Shown here piece after piece: positions 33,587-42,607 of a stretch of 58,612 nucleotides of DNA. Both the position numbers and the translations under genes were made by a program. Position 1 is the stretch's first letter. Every line of letters starts with the position of its first letter. Source of the DNA: an uncultured Candidatus Saccharibacteria bacterium (lineage in GTDB: Bacteria; Patescibacteriota; Minisyncoccia; Minisyncoccales; Staskawiczbacteraceae); the NCBI GenBank assembly GCA_964424305.1, contig CAYRHW010000006.1, positions 1-58,612 of the forward strand. Reading direction: 5' to 3'. Below the pieces are notes generated by a model. That model ran no database searches and was not told the DNA's origin. It saw only the letters and a program-made list of their open reading frames with translations.

Positions 33587-34249
33587 ATGTTAACTTTAGT
33601 TCAGGTAAAAAAGAATCCACTGATTATAGAATATGTAAAACAAACAGAGAGATCATTAAAGGCTTTGTCCTATACCGACCACGGCATGAGGCATTGTGCT
33701 CTAGTTTCTGACCGCGCGAGGAATATCGCGAAGGATGTTGGTTTATCCCAAAAAGAGCAGGAGTTATCTGCAATTGCTGGGTTCTGCCATGACATGGCGA
33801 ATTTTTTAAGCAGAACTAATCACAATTATTTAGCCCCGCTATTGTTCCAGCAGGTTTTTCTAAATGACTTTAGCCCCGAAGAGCTGACAGGAATAATGCA
33901 GGCGATCGCTAATCATGATAAAGACGAAATGAACTTTACCACAGCAATATCAGCAATTCTTGTATTGGCTGATAAATCTGATGTTCATCGATCTCGAGTA
34001 ACCGTAACTAAGATGGAGGATATAACAACGGACATACACGATCGGGTAAATTATGCAACGCAAGAAAGTAAGCTGGCCGTTGATAAGAAGAAAAAAACCA
34101 TTACGTTAACTCTAAAAATAGACACCAGCTTCGTCCATATTATAGAATATTTTGAGATATTTACGGAAAGGATGGTATTCTGCCGTAAGGCCGCCGAATT
34201 TTTAGGCTATAAGTTTGGTCTCGTTATTAATAAATTCGATCTAATATAA
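33587..34249 (+). CDS. HD-domain phosphohydrolase
   Basis: H...HD metal motif (HGMRH, CHDMANF) and NHD later in the sequence. Confidence 0.7.
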   Translation: MLTLVQVKKNPLIIEYVKQTERSLKALSYTDHGMRHCALVSDRARNIAKDVGLSQKEQELSAIAGFCHDMANFLSRTNHNYLAPLLFQQVFLNDFSPEELTGIMQAIANHDKDEMNFTTAISAILVLADKSDVHRSRVTVTKMEDITTDIHDRVNYATQESKLAVDKKKKTITLTLKIDTSFVHIIEYFEIFTERMVFCRKAAEFLGYKFGLVINKFDLI

Positions 34250-34253
34250 AAAC

Positions 34254-34517
34254 ATGTTATACAATCTTACAACAGAGCAAATGATAGAGTTAATGAATAA
34301 CCCAAGGTTTGTTTTAATGATAACCGTGGTTGGAATTTGGTCATTGATTTGGAAGGGGATCGCCCTATGGAAGGCCGGCCAAAGGAAAGATAAACCCTGG
34401 TTTATCGCCCTTTTGGTTGTTAACACCATTGGGCTATTAGAGATAATTTACATCTATTTTATCGGAGAGAATTGCTGTTTGTGGAAAAAAAGAGAGTCCC
34501 AAAATAAATTACAGTAG
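34254..34517 (+). CDS. DUF5652-like small membrane protein
   Basis: IWKGIALWKAGQRKDKPWFIALLVVNTIGLLEIIY pattern. Confidence 0.65.
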   Translation: MLYNLTTEQMIELMNNPRFVLMITVVGIWSLIWKGIALWKAGQRKDKPWFIALLVVNTIGLLEIIYIYFIGENCCLWKKRESQNKLQ

Positions 34518-34521
34518 CATT

Positions 34522-34983
34522 ATGAAGGATGCAACCCTATGCCTCTTGCTAAAGGAGGACAATATTCTTTTAGCCATGAAAAAGCGTGGTTTTGGAGTTG
34601 GGAAATGGAATGGAGTCGGGGGTAAGGTTGATCCGGCAATAGATAAAGATATTGTGGCGGCCACAATAAGGGAGACTAGGGAAGAAATCGGAGTAGTGGC
34701 GGATGGCCTGGAAAAAGTAGCATTGCTAAGGTTTCGTTTTCCATATAAAGAAGAATGGAACCAAGATGTTCACGTTTTCTTAGCAAGCAAATGGGAGGGG
34801 GAACCAACGGAGTCGGAGGAAATGTTTCCGAAATGGTTTGATAGGCAAGAAATCCCTTATCAAGAAATGTGGGATGATGACAAGATCTGGCTGCCCCACG
34901 TTTTAACGGGGAAGAAACTAGAAGCAGATTTCGTCTTCAGGGAGGGGGAGAAGATAGATAGGCATGAAATAAAGTTCATATAA
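34522..34983 (+). CDS. NUDIX hydrolase (MutT/MTH1-like)
   Basis: Nudix box GKWNGVGGKVDPAIDKDIVAATIRETREEIGV. Confidence 0.85.
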   Translation: MKDATLCLLLKEDNILLAMKKRGFGVGKWNGVGGKVDPAIDKDIVAATIRETREEIGVVADGLEKVALLRFRFPYKEEWNQDVHVFLASKWEGEPTESEEMFPKWFDRQEIPYQEMWDDDKIWLPHVLTGKKLEADFVFREGEKIDRHEIKFI

Positions 34984-35118
34984 TTATAACTAAAAAGAGC
35001 GTTAATACGTTCTTTTTAGTTGCAAAAAGTGGCCCTAGGTATATCCTTAATTAATTAACCTCCTCGTGGGAGGTTTCGCTCTTTGAGATTTTTATCCCAA
35101 GAAAGCGAGGGTTTCACT

Positions 35119-35604
35119 ATGGCATGGGTAAGAGACGCGGTTGTTATCACAAAATTACCATTGGCCAACCCCGGCGACAGCAGAGGTCCCATCCGGGAGA
35201 TTAAAGAAAGTTTGGGATATATGCAGGTTACTGATTGTCAAAGAAAGATGAAATTCCTCCCTTATTACCTCGAGAGGTTGGGTATTTCTTTTATTTTCCA
35301 TTTCATCTTCGGCCCTTTGGCAAATCGTTTCAAGAAACAGAGCTTTGGGCATGTTCACCATGAAGACACTTCAAAAAGTCCTGAGCAACTTTATCTTCTC
35401 CGCGGAAAAGTTGAGATCGTTTGGTGGGAAGAGGGTTCTACGGAGAAGTTCTCGCAAATTGTTAGTGCAGGATCAAAAATTGTTATTCCCTTGGGGATAG
35501 CACACGTGCTCAAGCACCGTAGCCGTGAATTTATTATTCTTGAACTCCGAGCTACTTGGTTCCGCAAGGACCATTCGGACACAATAAAAGTCCAGGAGCC
35601 TTGA
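35119..35604 (+). CDS. cupin-fold protein
   Basis: HVHHED...LYLLRGKVEIVWW...IPLGIAHVL beta-barrel motifs. ATG 35119 is preferred over TTG 35083. Confidence 0.6.
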   Translation: MAWVRDAVVITKLPLANPGDSRGPIREIKESLGYMQVTDCQRKMKFLPYYLERLGISFIFHFIFGPLANRFKKQSFGHVHHEDTSKSPEQLYLLRGKVEIVWWEEGSTEKFSQIVSAGSKIVIPLGIAHVLKHRSREFIILELRATWFRKDHSDTIKVQEP

Positions 35605-35618
35605 TTATTTGTTTTTAT

Positions 35619-35641
35619 AGCCGATGTACTTCGGCTTTTTC
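35619..35641 (+). terminator. intrinsic terminator
   Basis: AGCCGA 35619-35624 / TCGGCT 35631-35636, with the T-run continuing to 35640. Confidence 0.75.
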
Positions 35642-35655
35642 GTTGTTTAAAGTAA

Positions 35656-35684
35656 TTGACAAACAGCTATTATTATGCTATAAA
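35656..35684 (+). promoter_or_regulatory. canonical sigma70 promoter of the GC-rich gene
   Basis: TTGACA 35656-35661, 17-nt spacer, TATAAA 35679-35684. Confidence 0.6.
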
Positions 35685-35733
35685 AAAATATCGTGAAGTA
35701 GGAATTCAATCGCCCCCTTGAAAGGAATGAGAG

Positions 35734-36189
35734 ATGAGAAAGGTAACGATTATCGTGGCGTTTTTTCTCCTAGTGGCCGGTGTTGCTTCGGTAGCAACTA
35801 TCCACTACATGGAGGACGAGCGGGAGGCGATGAACGCGGTGAGTCAGCCGAAGACGGCGGCGGTCATACCTTCCGGCGCCATCGACGCCGGAGAGGGAAG
35901 GTACATCAAGTACCTCGAAAAAGACGGGAAAACGTACGCGGGTGTTGTCATCCCTCGCACACCCAGCAACAATGTCTGCGAGGAGAGAAGGCCAGGCCAC
36001 TATCGTCAGATGGCCCGCGGTCTCCTGGAGATCCACGACGAGCATCGACTGTGGACTGACGAGAAACAGGAGAAGAAAGGGGACCAAATGGTCGTTGTTT
36101 TCCGGTTGATAACACCGGACGAACAACGCCAGGCCAAGGAAGCCGGGGAGGAAATGTCGAAACCCCTCGACCTAGAGGGGATGAAGTAG
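35734..36189 (+). CDS. GC-rich membrane-anchored hypothetical protein (likely horizontally acquired)
   Basis: 151-aa ORF with an N-terminal TM (VTIIVAFFLLVAGVASVA). My hand count of 35761-36180 gives 242 G+C of 420 nt, versus 19/60 and 25/60 in two flanking lines. Overlapping ORFs in several frames are a GC artefact. Confidence 0.65.
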   Translation: MRKVTIIVAFFLLVAGVASVATIHYMEDEREAMNAVSQPKTAAVIPSGAIDAGEGRYIKYLEKDGKTYAGVVIPRTPSNNVCEERRPGHYRQMARGLLEIHDEHRLWTDEKQEKKGDQMVVVFRLITPDEQRQAKEAGEEMSKPLDLEGMK

Positions 36190-36227
36190 GGAGGGAGCTT
36201 CCACGAGGAGGATGCTTCACAGTGTAT

Positions 36228-36260
36228 GGGGTTCTTGAGCAATCAGGAACCCCTTTTCGT
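36228..36260 (+). terminator. intrinsic terminator of the GC-rich gene
   Basis: GGGGTTC 36228-36234 / GAACCCC 36247-36253, then TTTTCGTT. Confidence 0.7.
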
Positions 36261-36331
36261 TATATATTGACACCAGATTAATCTCTTGCTAAGATAAAGC
36301 CGACTAAATTAGTCCGATATTAAAATAGATA

Positions 36332-36721
36332 ATGCAAATATCAAAAAGAGCACAATATGGTTTACGGGCAATGGTATATATTGCTAAAAACCAGAAAAAA
36401 GGAAAAGTCATCCCATTAAAAGAAACCTCAAAAGCTGAGGCCATTCCTTTTAATTTTTTAGAAAAGATTATTGGTCAACTAGAAAAAGCAAAACTAGTTA
36501 CTTCTAAAAAAGGAGTCCAGGGAGGATATTTTTTAGCAGAACCGGCCGATAAGATAACGGTAGGGCAGATAGTCTCGGTTCTAGAAAAGACTACCACCCC
36601 CGTTAACTGCAGTTTGTGTAATAGGGCAGGGAAGTGTTTGAGCAAGAATGTTTGGTCTAAGGTTCAGAAAAGTCTTGAAAAAACCTTGTACTCAATAAAA
36701 CTATCTCATCTTATAAAATGA
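36332..36721 (+). CDS. Rrf2 family transcriptional regulator (IscR-like)
   Basis: MQISKRAQYGLRAMVYIA N-terminal wHTH, and a Cys pair CSLCNRAGKC in the C-terminal half. Confidence 0.85.
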   Translation: MQISKRAQYGLRAMVYIAKNQKKGKVIPLKETSKAEAIPFNFLEKIIGQLEKAKLVTSKKGVQGGYFLAEPADKITVGQIVSVLEKTTTPVNCSLCNRAGKCLSKNVWSKVQKSLEKTLYSIKLSHLIK

Positions 36722-37869
36722 AGAGAATATATTTAGATTATGCAGCAACCACTCCCGTCGACCCTCGTGTTCTTAGGGCGATGGTTCCTTTTTTTACAAA
36801 AAGGTTTGGGAACACAATGTCTCTCCATTCTTTCGGTCAGGATGCAAAATTAGTTTTAGAAGAAAGCCGAGAAAAAGTGGCCAGTTTAATCGGAGCTAAA
36901 TCAGAAGAGATAATATTTACGAGTTCTGCCACCGAAAGTAATAATTTTGCATTAAAGGGATTGGCTTTTGCTAATAAAGATAAAAAACATATCATTGTCT
37001 CTGCAATCGAGCATCCCTGTGTTATAGAAAGTGCTAATTGGCTAAAAAAACAAGGGTATCAAATAACAAGGGTCCCTGTTAATAAATTTGGGCAAGTTAA
37101 TCCGGAAGATGTTAAGAGGGCCATAACCAAAGATACGCTTTTGGTTTCTATTATCCATGCTTCAAACGAGATAGGAACTATTCAGCCAATAGAGAAAATT
37201 GGAAAGATCTGCAGAGAGGCAGGTGTATATTTTCATACAGATGCATCTCAGAGCTTCGGAAAGATTTCCATTGATGTTAATAAGATGAATATCGACTTAC
37301 TTACAGCCAGTGGCCATAAAATATATGGGCCAAAGGGTGTAGGACTTTTGTTTATACGTCATGGTGTAAAAATTGAGCCCTTACTGCACGGAGGAGGACA
37401 GGAAAATGGTTTGAGATCTTCAACTGTGAACATTCCTGCTATTGTTGGTTTTGCCAGAGCAGTTGAAATCTGTAATGAAGAAATGAAAACAGAGGGCGGG
37501 AGATTAATAAAATTAAGGGATAAATTAATAAAAGGGGTTTTAAAGATAAAAAATAGTTATTTAAACGGACACCCAGAAGACAGGCTCCCAAATAATGCTA
37601 ATTTCCGCTTTGATTTTATAGAAGGAGAATCTTTGATCATCCAGTTGGATATGGCAGGAGTAGCCTGTTCTACTGGTTCTGCCTGCTCTTCAATTAAATT
37701 AGAGCCAAGCCATGTTCTATTGGCAATTGGATTAAAGGCGGAACAGGCCCATGGATCATTGCGTGTTTCTCTGGGGCGTCAAACAACAGAAAGTGATGTC
37801 GATTATTTAGTTAAGATTTTACCCGGGATAATTAAACAATTAAGGAGTATTTCTCCATTTGGAAAATAA
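36718..37869 (+). CDS. nifS: cysteine desulfurase (NifS/IscS class)
   Basis: PLP Lys in SGHKIYGPKG and catalytic Cys loop STGSACSS. It overlaps the Rrf2 stop (ATGA). Confidence 0.92.
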   Translation: MKRIYLDYAATTPVDPRVLRAMVPFFTKRFGNTMSLHSFGQDAKLVLEESREKVASLIGAKSEEIIFTSSATESNNFALKGLAFANKDKKHIIVSAIEHPCVIESANWLKKQGYQITRVPVNKFGQVNPEDVKRAITKDTLLVSIIHASNEIGTIQPIEKIGKICREAGVYFHTDASQSFGKISIDVNKMNIDLLTASGHKIYGPKGVGLLFIRHGVKIEPLLHGGGQENGLRSSTVNIPAIVGFARAVEICNEEMKTEGGRLIKLRDKLIKGVLKIKNSYLNGHPEDRLPNNANFRFDFIEGESLIIQLDMAGVACSTGSACSSIKLEPSHVLLAIGLKAEQAHGSLRVSLGRQTTESDVDYLVKILPGIIKQLRSISPFGK

Positions 37870-37870
37870 C

Positions 37871-39457
37871 ATGAAACCAACGAGTGTTTATACAAAAAAG
37901 GTTTTAAGTCTATTTAAAAAACCTCATAACTACGGAAGAATGAAAAATGCAGACGGTATCGGCAGGGTGGGGAATCCAGTTTGTTTACTCCCAGGGCAGA
38001 ATGTTCACATGAATAATGATATGAATGAGATAAACGCAATTTCCAGAGAAGATAGAGTTTTATCTCACGATGGATTATATAACTTTGTTGATAAAATTGC
38101 AGAAAGAAATTACGTCGGAGAAATTTTGGAAGTAAAAAATGGTCTAGGAAAGATCAAATTAACATCAGAGCACCTTGTGTTGGCGATAAAAATTCCCGAA
38201 GGAGATAAATTCTTAAGGACAAAAAATAGGAAAAAATTATCCGTTGGTTGGTATCATATAAATCAACTGGAAAAAGGAGATATGGTTTTATACCCCATAT
38301 TGAAAGAGAAAAAGGATTTAGCGTATTTAAAAATAGATGTCCCCATGGCCAAATGGGATTTTAGAAGTAAGGAGATCCCGAGTAAGGTTCCCGTTAATTC
38401 GGAATTTTTGAGGCTAGTTGGTTACTTTTTGGCAGAGGGGAATATCCAAGATAAGCCATGCAAGACTTACATCTCGTTTTCTTTAAATATACAAGAAAAA
38501 TACATCGTTGAGGATATAAAGAAAATATCAAAAGACTTATTTGGTCTAGATGCGACCTCGAAAGAGAAGAAAAAAACTAAAACGGTCGTCGTGTATCTAT
38601 ACAGCGCGAGATTAGCAAGGTTTTTTAAGCAATTATTCGGTAACGGAGCCGAGCATAAAAAACTCCCTGAGGTTTTTATGAATTTACCTATTAAAAAACA
38701 GGAACATTTAATATGTGGATTGTGGCGGGGTGACGGTTGCGTCAATTTGAATAGGGACGGCGCAAGGGCAGGGTATTCAACGGTTTCTTATAATTTAGCT
38801 CAACAGCTAAAAACACTACTCATTAGGCAAAAGATAGTGCCATCTATTTATAAAGAAAAAGCGAGAGAAATAAATGGAGTTAGACATAAGGAGTCATATA
38901 GGATCCATGTTGGCCAACGGGAATCTTTAACGAGGTTATGCTTAATATTAGGCATAAAATATAAGGCAAAGTCTTATGCTTCAGAGAAATTATGGGTTGA
39001 TGATGATTATGTTTACACCCCAATAACGAAAATTACGAAAAATAAATATAAAGGTAATGTTTATAATCTGGAGGTCAAGGGGTCCCATTCTTTTGTAACA
39101 GAGGCTTTTTGTCTTCATAATTGTGGCGATGTAATGTGGCTATATATCAAAGTCGGCCAAAATAAGAAGAAGCAGGAGATAATAAAAGACATTAAGTTTG
39201 AAACTTTCGGCTGCGTAGCCGCAATATCCACTAGTAGCATAATCACGGACCTAGCCAAGGGGAAAACAATAACAGAAGCCCTAGAAATTACCAAAGATAA
39301 TGTTGTTGATTCTTTGGGGGGATTGCCCAAGATAAAATTCCATTGTTCGGTTTTGGCAGTAGATGCTTTAGCCGAGGCAATTTTTGATTATCTGAAGAAG
39401 AATAAAAAAGAAATACCCGCAAGTTTAAAAAAGTTTCATGAAAGAAACGAAGTCTAA
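37871..39457 (+). CDS. iscU: Fe-S cluster scaffold IscU/NifU, interrupted by a 380-aa intein
   Basis: Exteins GRVGNPV | CGDVMWLYIKV...FGCVAAISTSS...KFHCSVLA carry the three conserved IscU Cys. The spliced size would be 148 aa. Confidence 0.88.
   Translation: MKPTSVYTKKVLSLFKKPHNYGRMKNADGIGRVGNPVCLLPGQNVHMNNDMNEINAISREDRVLSHDGLYNFVDKIAERNYVGEILEVKNGLGKIKLTSEHLVLAIKIPEGDKFLRTKNRKKLSVGWYHINQLEKGDMVLYPILKEKKDLAYLKIDVPMAKWDFRSKEIPSKVPVNSEFLRLVGYFLAEGNIQDKPCKTYISFSLNIQEKYIVEDIKKISKDLFGLDATSKEKKKTKTVVVYLYSARLARFFKQLFGNGAEHKKLPEVFMNLPIKKQEHLICGLWRGDGCVNLNRDGARAGYSTVSYNLAQQLKTLLIRQKIVPSIYKEKAREINGVRHKESYRIHVGQRESLTRLCLILGIKYKAKSYASEKLWVDDDYVYTPITKITKNKYKGNVYNLEVKGSHSFVTEAFCLHNCGDVMWLYIKVGQNKKKQEIIKDIKFETFGCVAAISTSSIITDLAKGKTITEALEITKDNVVDSLGGLPKIKFHCSVLAVDALAEAIFDYLKKNKKEIPASLKKFHERNEV
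37982..39121 (+). mobile_element. intein with LAGLIDADG homing endonuclease, inserted at the first cluster-ligand Cys of IscU
   Basis: Block A CLLPG (Cys1 = 37982-37984), block B LTSEH, LAGLIDADG motifs LVGYFLAEGN and ICGLWRGDGC, and terminal VYNLEVKGSHSFVTEAFCLHN followed by +1 Cys (39122). Confidence 0.85.
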
Positions 39458-40478
39458 AAAAGTAATAGTTGCAATGTCTGGTGGCGTAGACAGTTCTGTC
39501 GCCGCCGCTTTATTAAAAAAGGCTAGTTTTGATGTGATCGGTATCCATATGAAATTCTGGGCAGAATCAGACGGGAAAGCAAATAGATGTTGCACAGTGG
39601 AATCAGAGAAAATGGCAAGATTAGTGGCGAAGAAAATTGGCATACCTTTCTACGTTTTAAATTTAAAAAAAGAATTCAAGAAATTCGTCGTAGATTACTT
39701 CATCTCTGCTAGTAAGCAGGGCTTAACACCCAATCCTTGTGTGGCTTGCAATAAAGAGATTAAGTTCGGCTTACTATTAAAGAAAGCAAGGGCCTTGGGG
39801 GCTGATTTCATTGCCACTGGCCACTATGCAATAGTAGAAGACGGAAAGTTATTTAAAGGGAGCGATGAGCATAAAGATCAATCATATTTCTTATGGAGAT
39901 TGAATAAAGACATTTTAAAACATGTCATTTTTCCCATAGGGGGATATATGAAAGAAGAGGTAAGGGTACTAGCAAAAGAATTTAAGTTGCCCACAGCCAA
40001 CACCCCAGAATCTCAAGAGGTTTGTTTTGTTAGTGGTACGGTTGGAGATTTCTTAAATAAATATATTAAAATAGAGCCCGGGAAAATTGTAGATACAAAG
40101 AGGGATAAAATCGGAGAGCATGATGGTTTGTCTTCCTATACCATGGGACAGAGAAAGGGCATAGGGCTTCCGGGCGGGCCATATTTTGTTTTAAGGAAGG
40201 ATTTGAAGAAGAATGAACTTATTGTCACAAAAAATGAGAAGGACCTATTCAGCAGAGAATTAAGTATAAAAAATGTTAATTGGTTGGATAATGTGAAGCT
40301 TCCAACCAGAGTTACGGCAAAAGTAAGGTACGGAAGCAAGGGATCCTTAGCCACTGTTAAAAAAGAAAGCGGGAAGATAATGGTCATATTTTCAAAACCC
40401 CAGAGAGCAATCACCCCAGGCCAGTCAGTGGTTTTCTATAAAGGGAAACAATTAATCGGAGGGGGAATAATCGTTTAG
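39438..40478 (+). CDS. mnmA: tRNA 2-thiouridine(34) synthase
   Basis: PP-loop VAMSGGVDSSV and catalytic Cys motifs (NPCVACN, QEVCF). Confidence 0.92.
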   Translation: MKETKSKKVIVAMSGGVDSSVAAALLKKASFDVIGIHMKFWAESDGKANRCCTVESEKMARLVAKKIGIPFYVLNLKKEFKKFVVDYFISASKQGLTPNPCVACNKEIKFGLLLKKARALGADFIATGHYAIVEDGKLFKGSDEHKDQSYFLWRLNKDILKHVIFPIGGYMKEEVRVLAKEFKLPTANTPESQEVCFVSGTVGDFLNKYIKIEPGKIVDTKRDKIGEHDGLSSYTMGQRKGIGLPGGPYFVLRKDLKKNELIVTKNEKDLFSRELSIKNVNWLDNVKLPTRVTAKVRYGSKGSLATVKKESGKIMVIFSKPQRAITPGQSVVFYKGKQLIGGGIIV

Positions 40479-40490
40479 CATTGAATAATT

Positions 40491-41651
40491 ATGGATAAGA
40501 ATATAAAAAAAGGAATTTTAATTGCTTTCGGGGAACTGTTTTTGAAGTCCGATAGCGTGAAGAGGTTTTTTAAGCAGAAAATGGTTGATAGCCTTATTTT
40601 CTTTTTAAAAAAAGAAAATATTAGTTTTAAACTTCACCAATCAAGAGAAAGGCTATTTATACAAACAGATCAAATCGATGGGGCAATGAAGGTAATTAGG
40701 AAAACCTCCGGCATCTCCTGGTTTTCAGAATGTTTTTGTTTTCCCAAATCAAATTTAAAAGAGTTTGCCGCTTTTGTTGATAAAAATTATCAGGAATATA
40801 TTAAAAAGGGGCAGAGTTTTGCCATAAGGCTAAGTATGCAAAAGGGGCTGATTAAGGAAGATACCCAGAAAGTAATTAGTAGAATTGCTCGAGATATAGA
40901 GAGGAAGGTGAATCTTGATAATCCAAAGGTAGAGGTTTGCATTGAAATTAGAAGGGAAGGTTGGTTTTTGTACTTTAATAAGCAGAGGGGGATTGGCGGT
41001 TTCCCGGCGGGATCATCCGGCAGGGTTCTGGCACTAACTTCCGGGGGGATTGATTCCCCAGTTGCTGGATATTTAATGACTAAGAAGGGGGCAGAGAATG
41101 TTTGGTTGCATTTTCACAGCTTTCCTTTGGTGTCTAATAAAAGCATAGAAAAGGTAAGGGAGTTGGCTAGGGTTTTTCTAAACCATCAAGCCAAACTTAA
41201 AATATATTTTGTTCCCTTTTCTAAAGCTCAAATTGAGATTAAGTCAAAAGTACCCCCAGCCTGCAGAATTCTGTTATACAGAAGGTTAATGTTAAAGATC
41301 GCTGAGATTATAGCGGTAAAGGATAATTGCAAAGCATTGGTTACCGGAGAGAGCTTGGGGCAGGTTAGCTCTCAAACATTGACGAACCTACAGATCATTG
41401 AGGATGCGGTTAAGATGCCCATTCTAAGGCCCCTAATAGCCCTGGACAAGCAAGATATTACGGATTTGGCAGTTGGACTAGGTACCTTCAATATTTCAAT
41501 TAAGCCCCAGGAAGATTGTTGCACGCTATTTACGCCAAAGCATGCCAATGCTCAAGGCAAGCTTGAGGAAATTTTAGCCCTGGAGAAGAAGATAAACACA
41601 AAGAAAATAATTAAAGAGGCATTAAGTAGCCTCAAAGTAGAGTCGTATTAA
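40491..41651 (+). CDS. thiI: tRNA 4-thiouridine(8) synthase (THUMP + PP-loop)
   Basis: ALTSGGIDSPVA PP-loop, GESLGQVSSQT, and an N-terminal THUMP-like region. Confidence 0.88.
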   Translation: MDKNIKKGILIAFGELFLKSDSVKRFFKQKMVDSLIFFLKKENISFKLHQSRERLFIQTDQIDGAMKVIRKTSGISWFSECFCFPKSNLKEFAAFVDKNYQEYIKKGQSFAIRLSMQKGLIKEDTQKVISRIARDIERKVNLDNPKVEVCIEIRREGWFLYFNKQRGIGGFPAGSSGRVLALTSGGIDSPVAGYLMTKKGAENVWLHFHSFPLVSNKSIEKVRELARVFLNHQAKLKIYFVPFSKAQIEIKSKVPPACRILLYRRLMLKIAEIIAVKDNCKALVTGESLGQVSSQTLTNLQIIEDAVKMPILRPLIALDKQDITDLAVGLGTFNISIKPQEDCCTLFTPKHANAQGKLEEILALEKKINTKKIIKEALSSLKVESY

Positions 41652-41696
41652 TATTTGAATCAGTTTCATTTAACTGATACAATAACAGATAAAGAC

Positions 41697-42089
41697 ATGA
41701 ATAAAAATACAATCATAGTTTTAATTATCATTGGCATCGTTATCTTGGGAGCAGGATTCCTTGTTTTTTATAAAAAAGGAGATACTGTCCCAGAGGCAAG
41801 TGGAATAGTTCTATTTTACGGTGATGGCTGTTCGCATTGCAAAAATGTCGAGGATTTTATTGTGAACAATAGCGTAGAAGAAAAGGTTAAATTTGAGAGA
41901 AAAGAAGTTTTTAATAATACAGATAATGCAAGCTTACTGCTTAAGACTGGAGAATTATGCAAAATTTCCAAAGAGTATATCGGCGGAGTGCCACTTCTCT
42001 GGGATGGTCCAAACAAGACGTGCGTTTTTGGTGACGTGGACATAATTAAATTTTTCCAGGATAAAATTAATTTAATAAACAACACATAA
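41697..42089 (+). CDS. membrane-anchored thioredoxin-fold protein (CxxC)
   Basis: TM anchor, then FYGDGCSHCKNVEDF. ATG 41697 is preferred over TTG 41655. Confidence 0.65.
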   Translation: MNKNTIIVLIIIGIVILGAGFLVFYKKGDTVPEASGIVLFYGDGCSHCKNVEDFIVNNSVEEKVKFERKEVFNNTDNASLLLKTGELCKISKEYIGGVPLLWDGPNKTCVFGDVDIIKFFQDKINLINNT

Positions 42090-42607
42090 TGAAAAAAAAG
42101 ATTCTTCTGCTATCACTTCTTACCATTCCGGGCCTTTTCATCGGTCAGATCGCTCAGGCAGTTTGCCCAGTATGTACGGTGGCAATTGTCGCCTGTGTCG
42201 GACTGTCGCGTTGGTTCGGCGTAGACGATTCTATCTCCGGTATTTGGATAGGGGGATTGATTGTTTCTATGATTGCCTGGACGTTAACTTGGCTCAATAA
42301 GAAAAATATTAAGTTCCTATTTAAAAAGATCCTTGTTACCATCGCTTTCTACCTTCTAACAATTGTTCCCCTTTACTATACAAATATAATGGGCCATCCA
42401 TTAAACAAGATTTGGGGAGTAGATAAGATATTAGTGGGAATAATAGTTGGCACGATTGTAATTTTATTGGCCATTGGTACGCACAATTTATTAAAAAAGA
42501 ATAATCAGGGCAAATCATATTTCCCTTATCAAAAAGTCGCTTTGCCTCTATTATTCTTGATTATTATTAGTTTAATTTTTCACTTCACAATAGGATGTCC
42601 GAAATAG
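42089..42607 (+). CDS. multi-TM membrane protein with an N-terminal CPVC motif
   Basis: 172 aa with 5 hydrophobic segments and AVCPVCTVAIVAC in the first. Confidence 0.6.
   Translation: MKKKILLLSLLTIPGLFIGQIAQAVCPVCTVAIVACVGLSRWFGVDDSISGIWIGGLIVSMIAWTLTWLNKKNIKFLFKKILVTIAFYLLTIVPLYYTNIMGHPLNKIWGVDKILVGIIVGTIVILLAIGTHNLLKKNNQGKSYFPYQKVALPLLFLIIISLIFHFTIGCPK

Noticed and set aside
35718-36242. Multiple overlapping ORFs on both strands (35718..36059, 35770..36126, 35948..36220, 36006..36242).
   Set aside because: They are artefacts of the high G+C content, which makes stop codons rare. Only 35734..36189 has a promoter, a TM-anchor start and a terminator in register.
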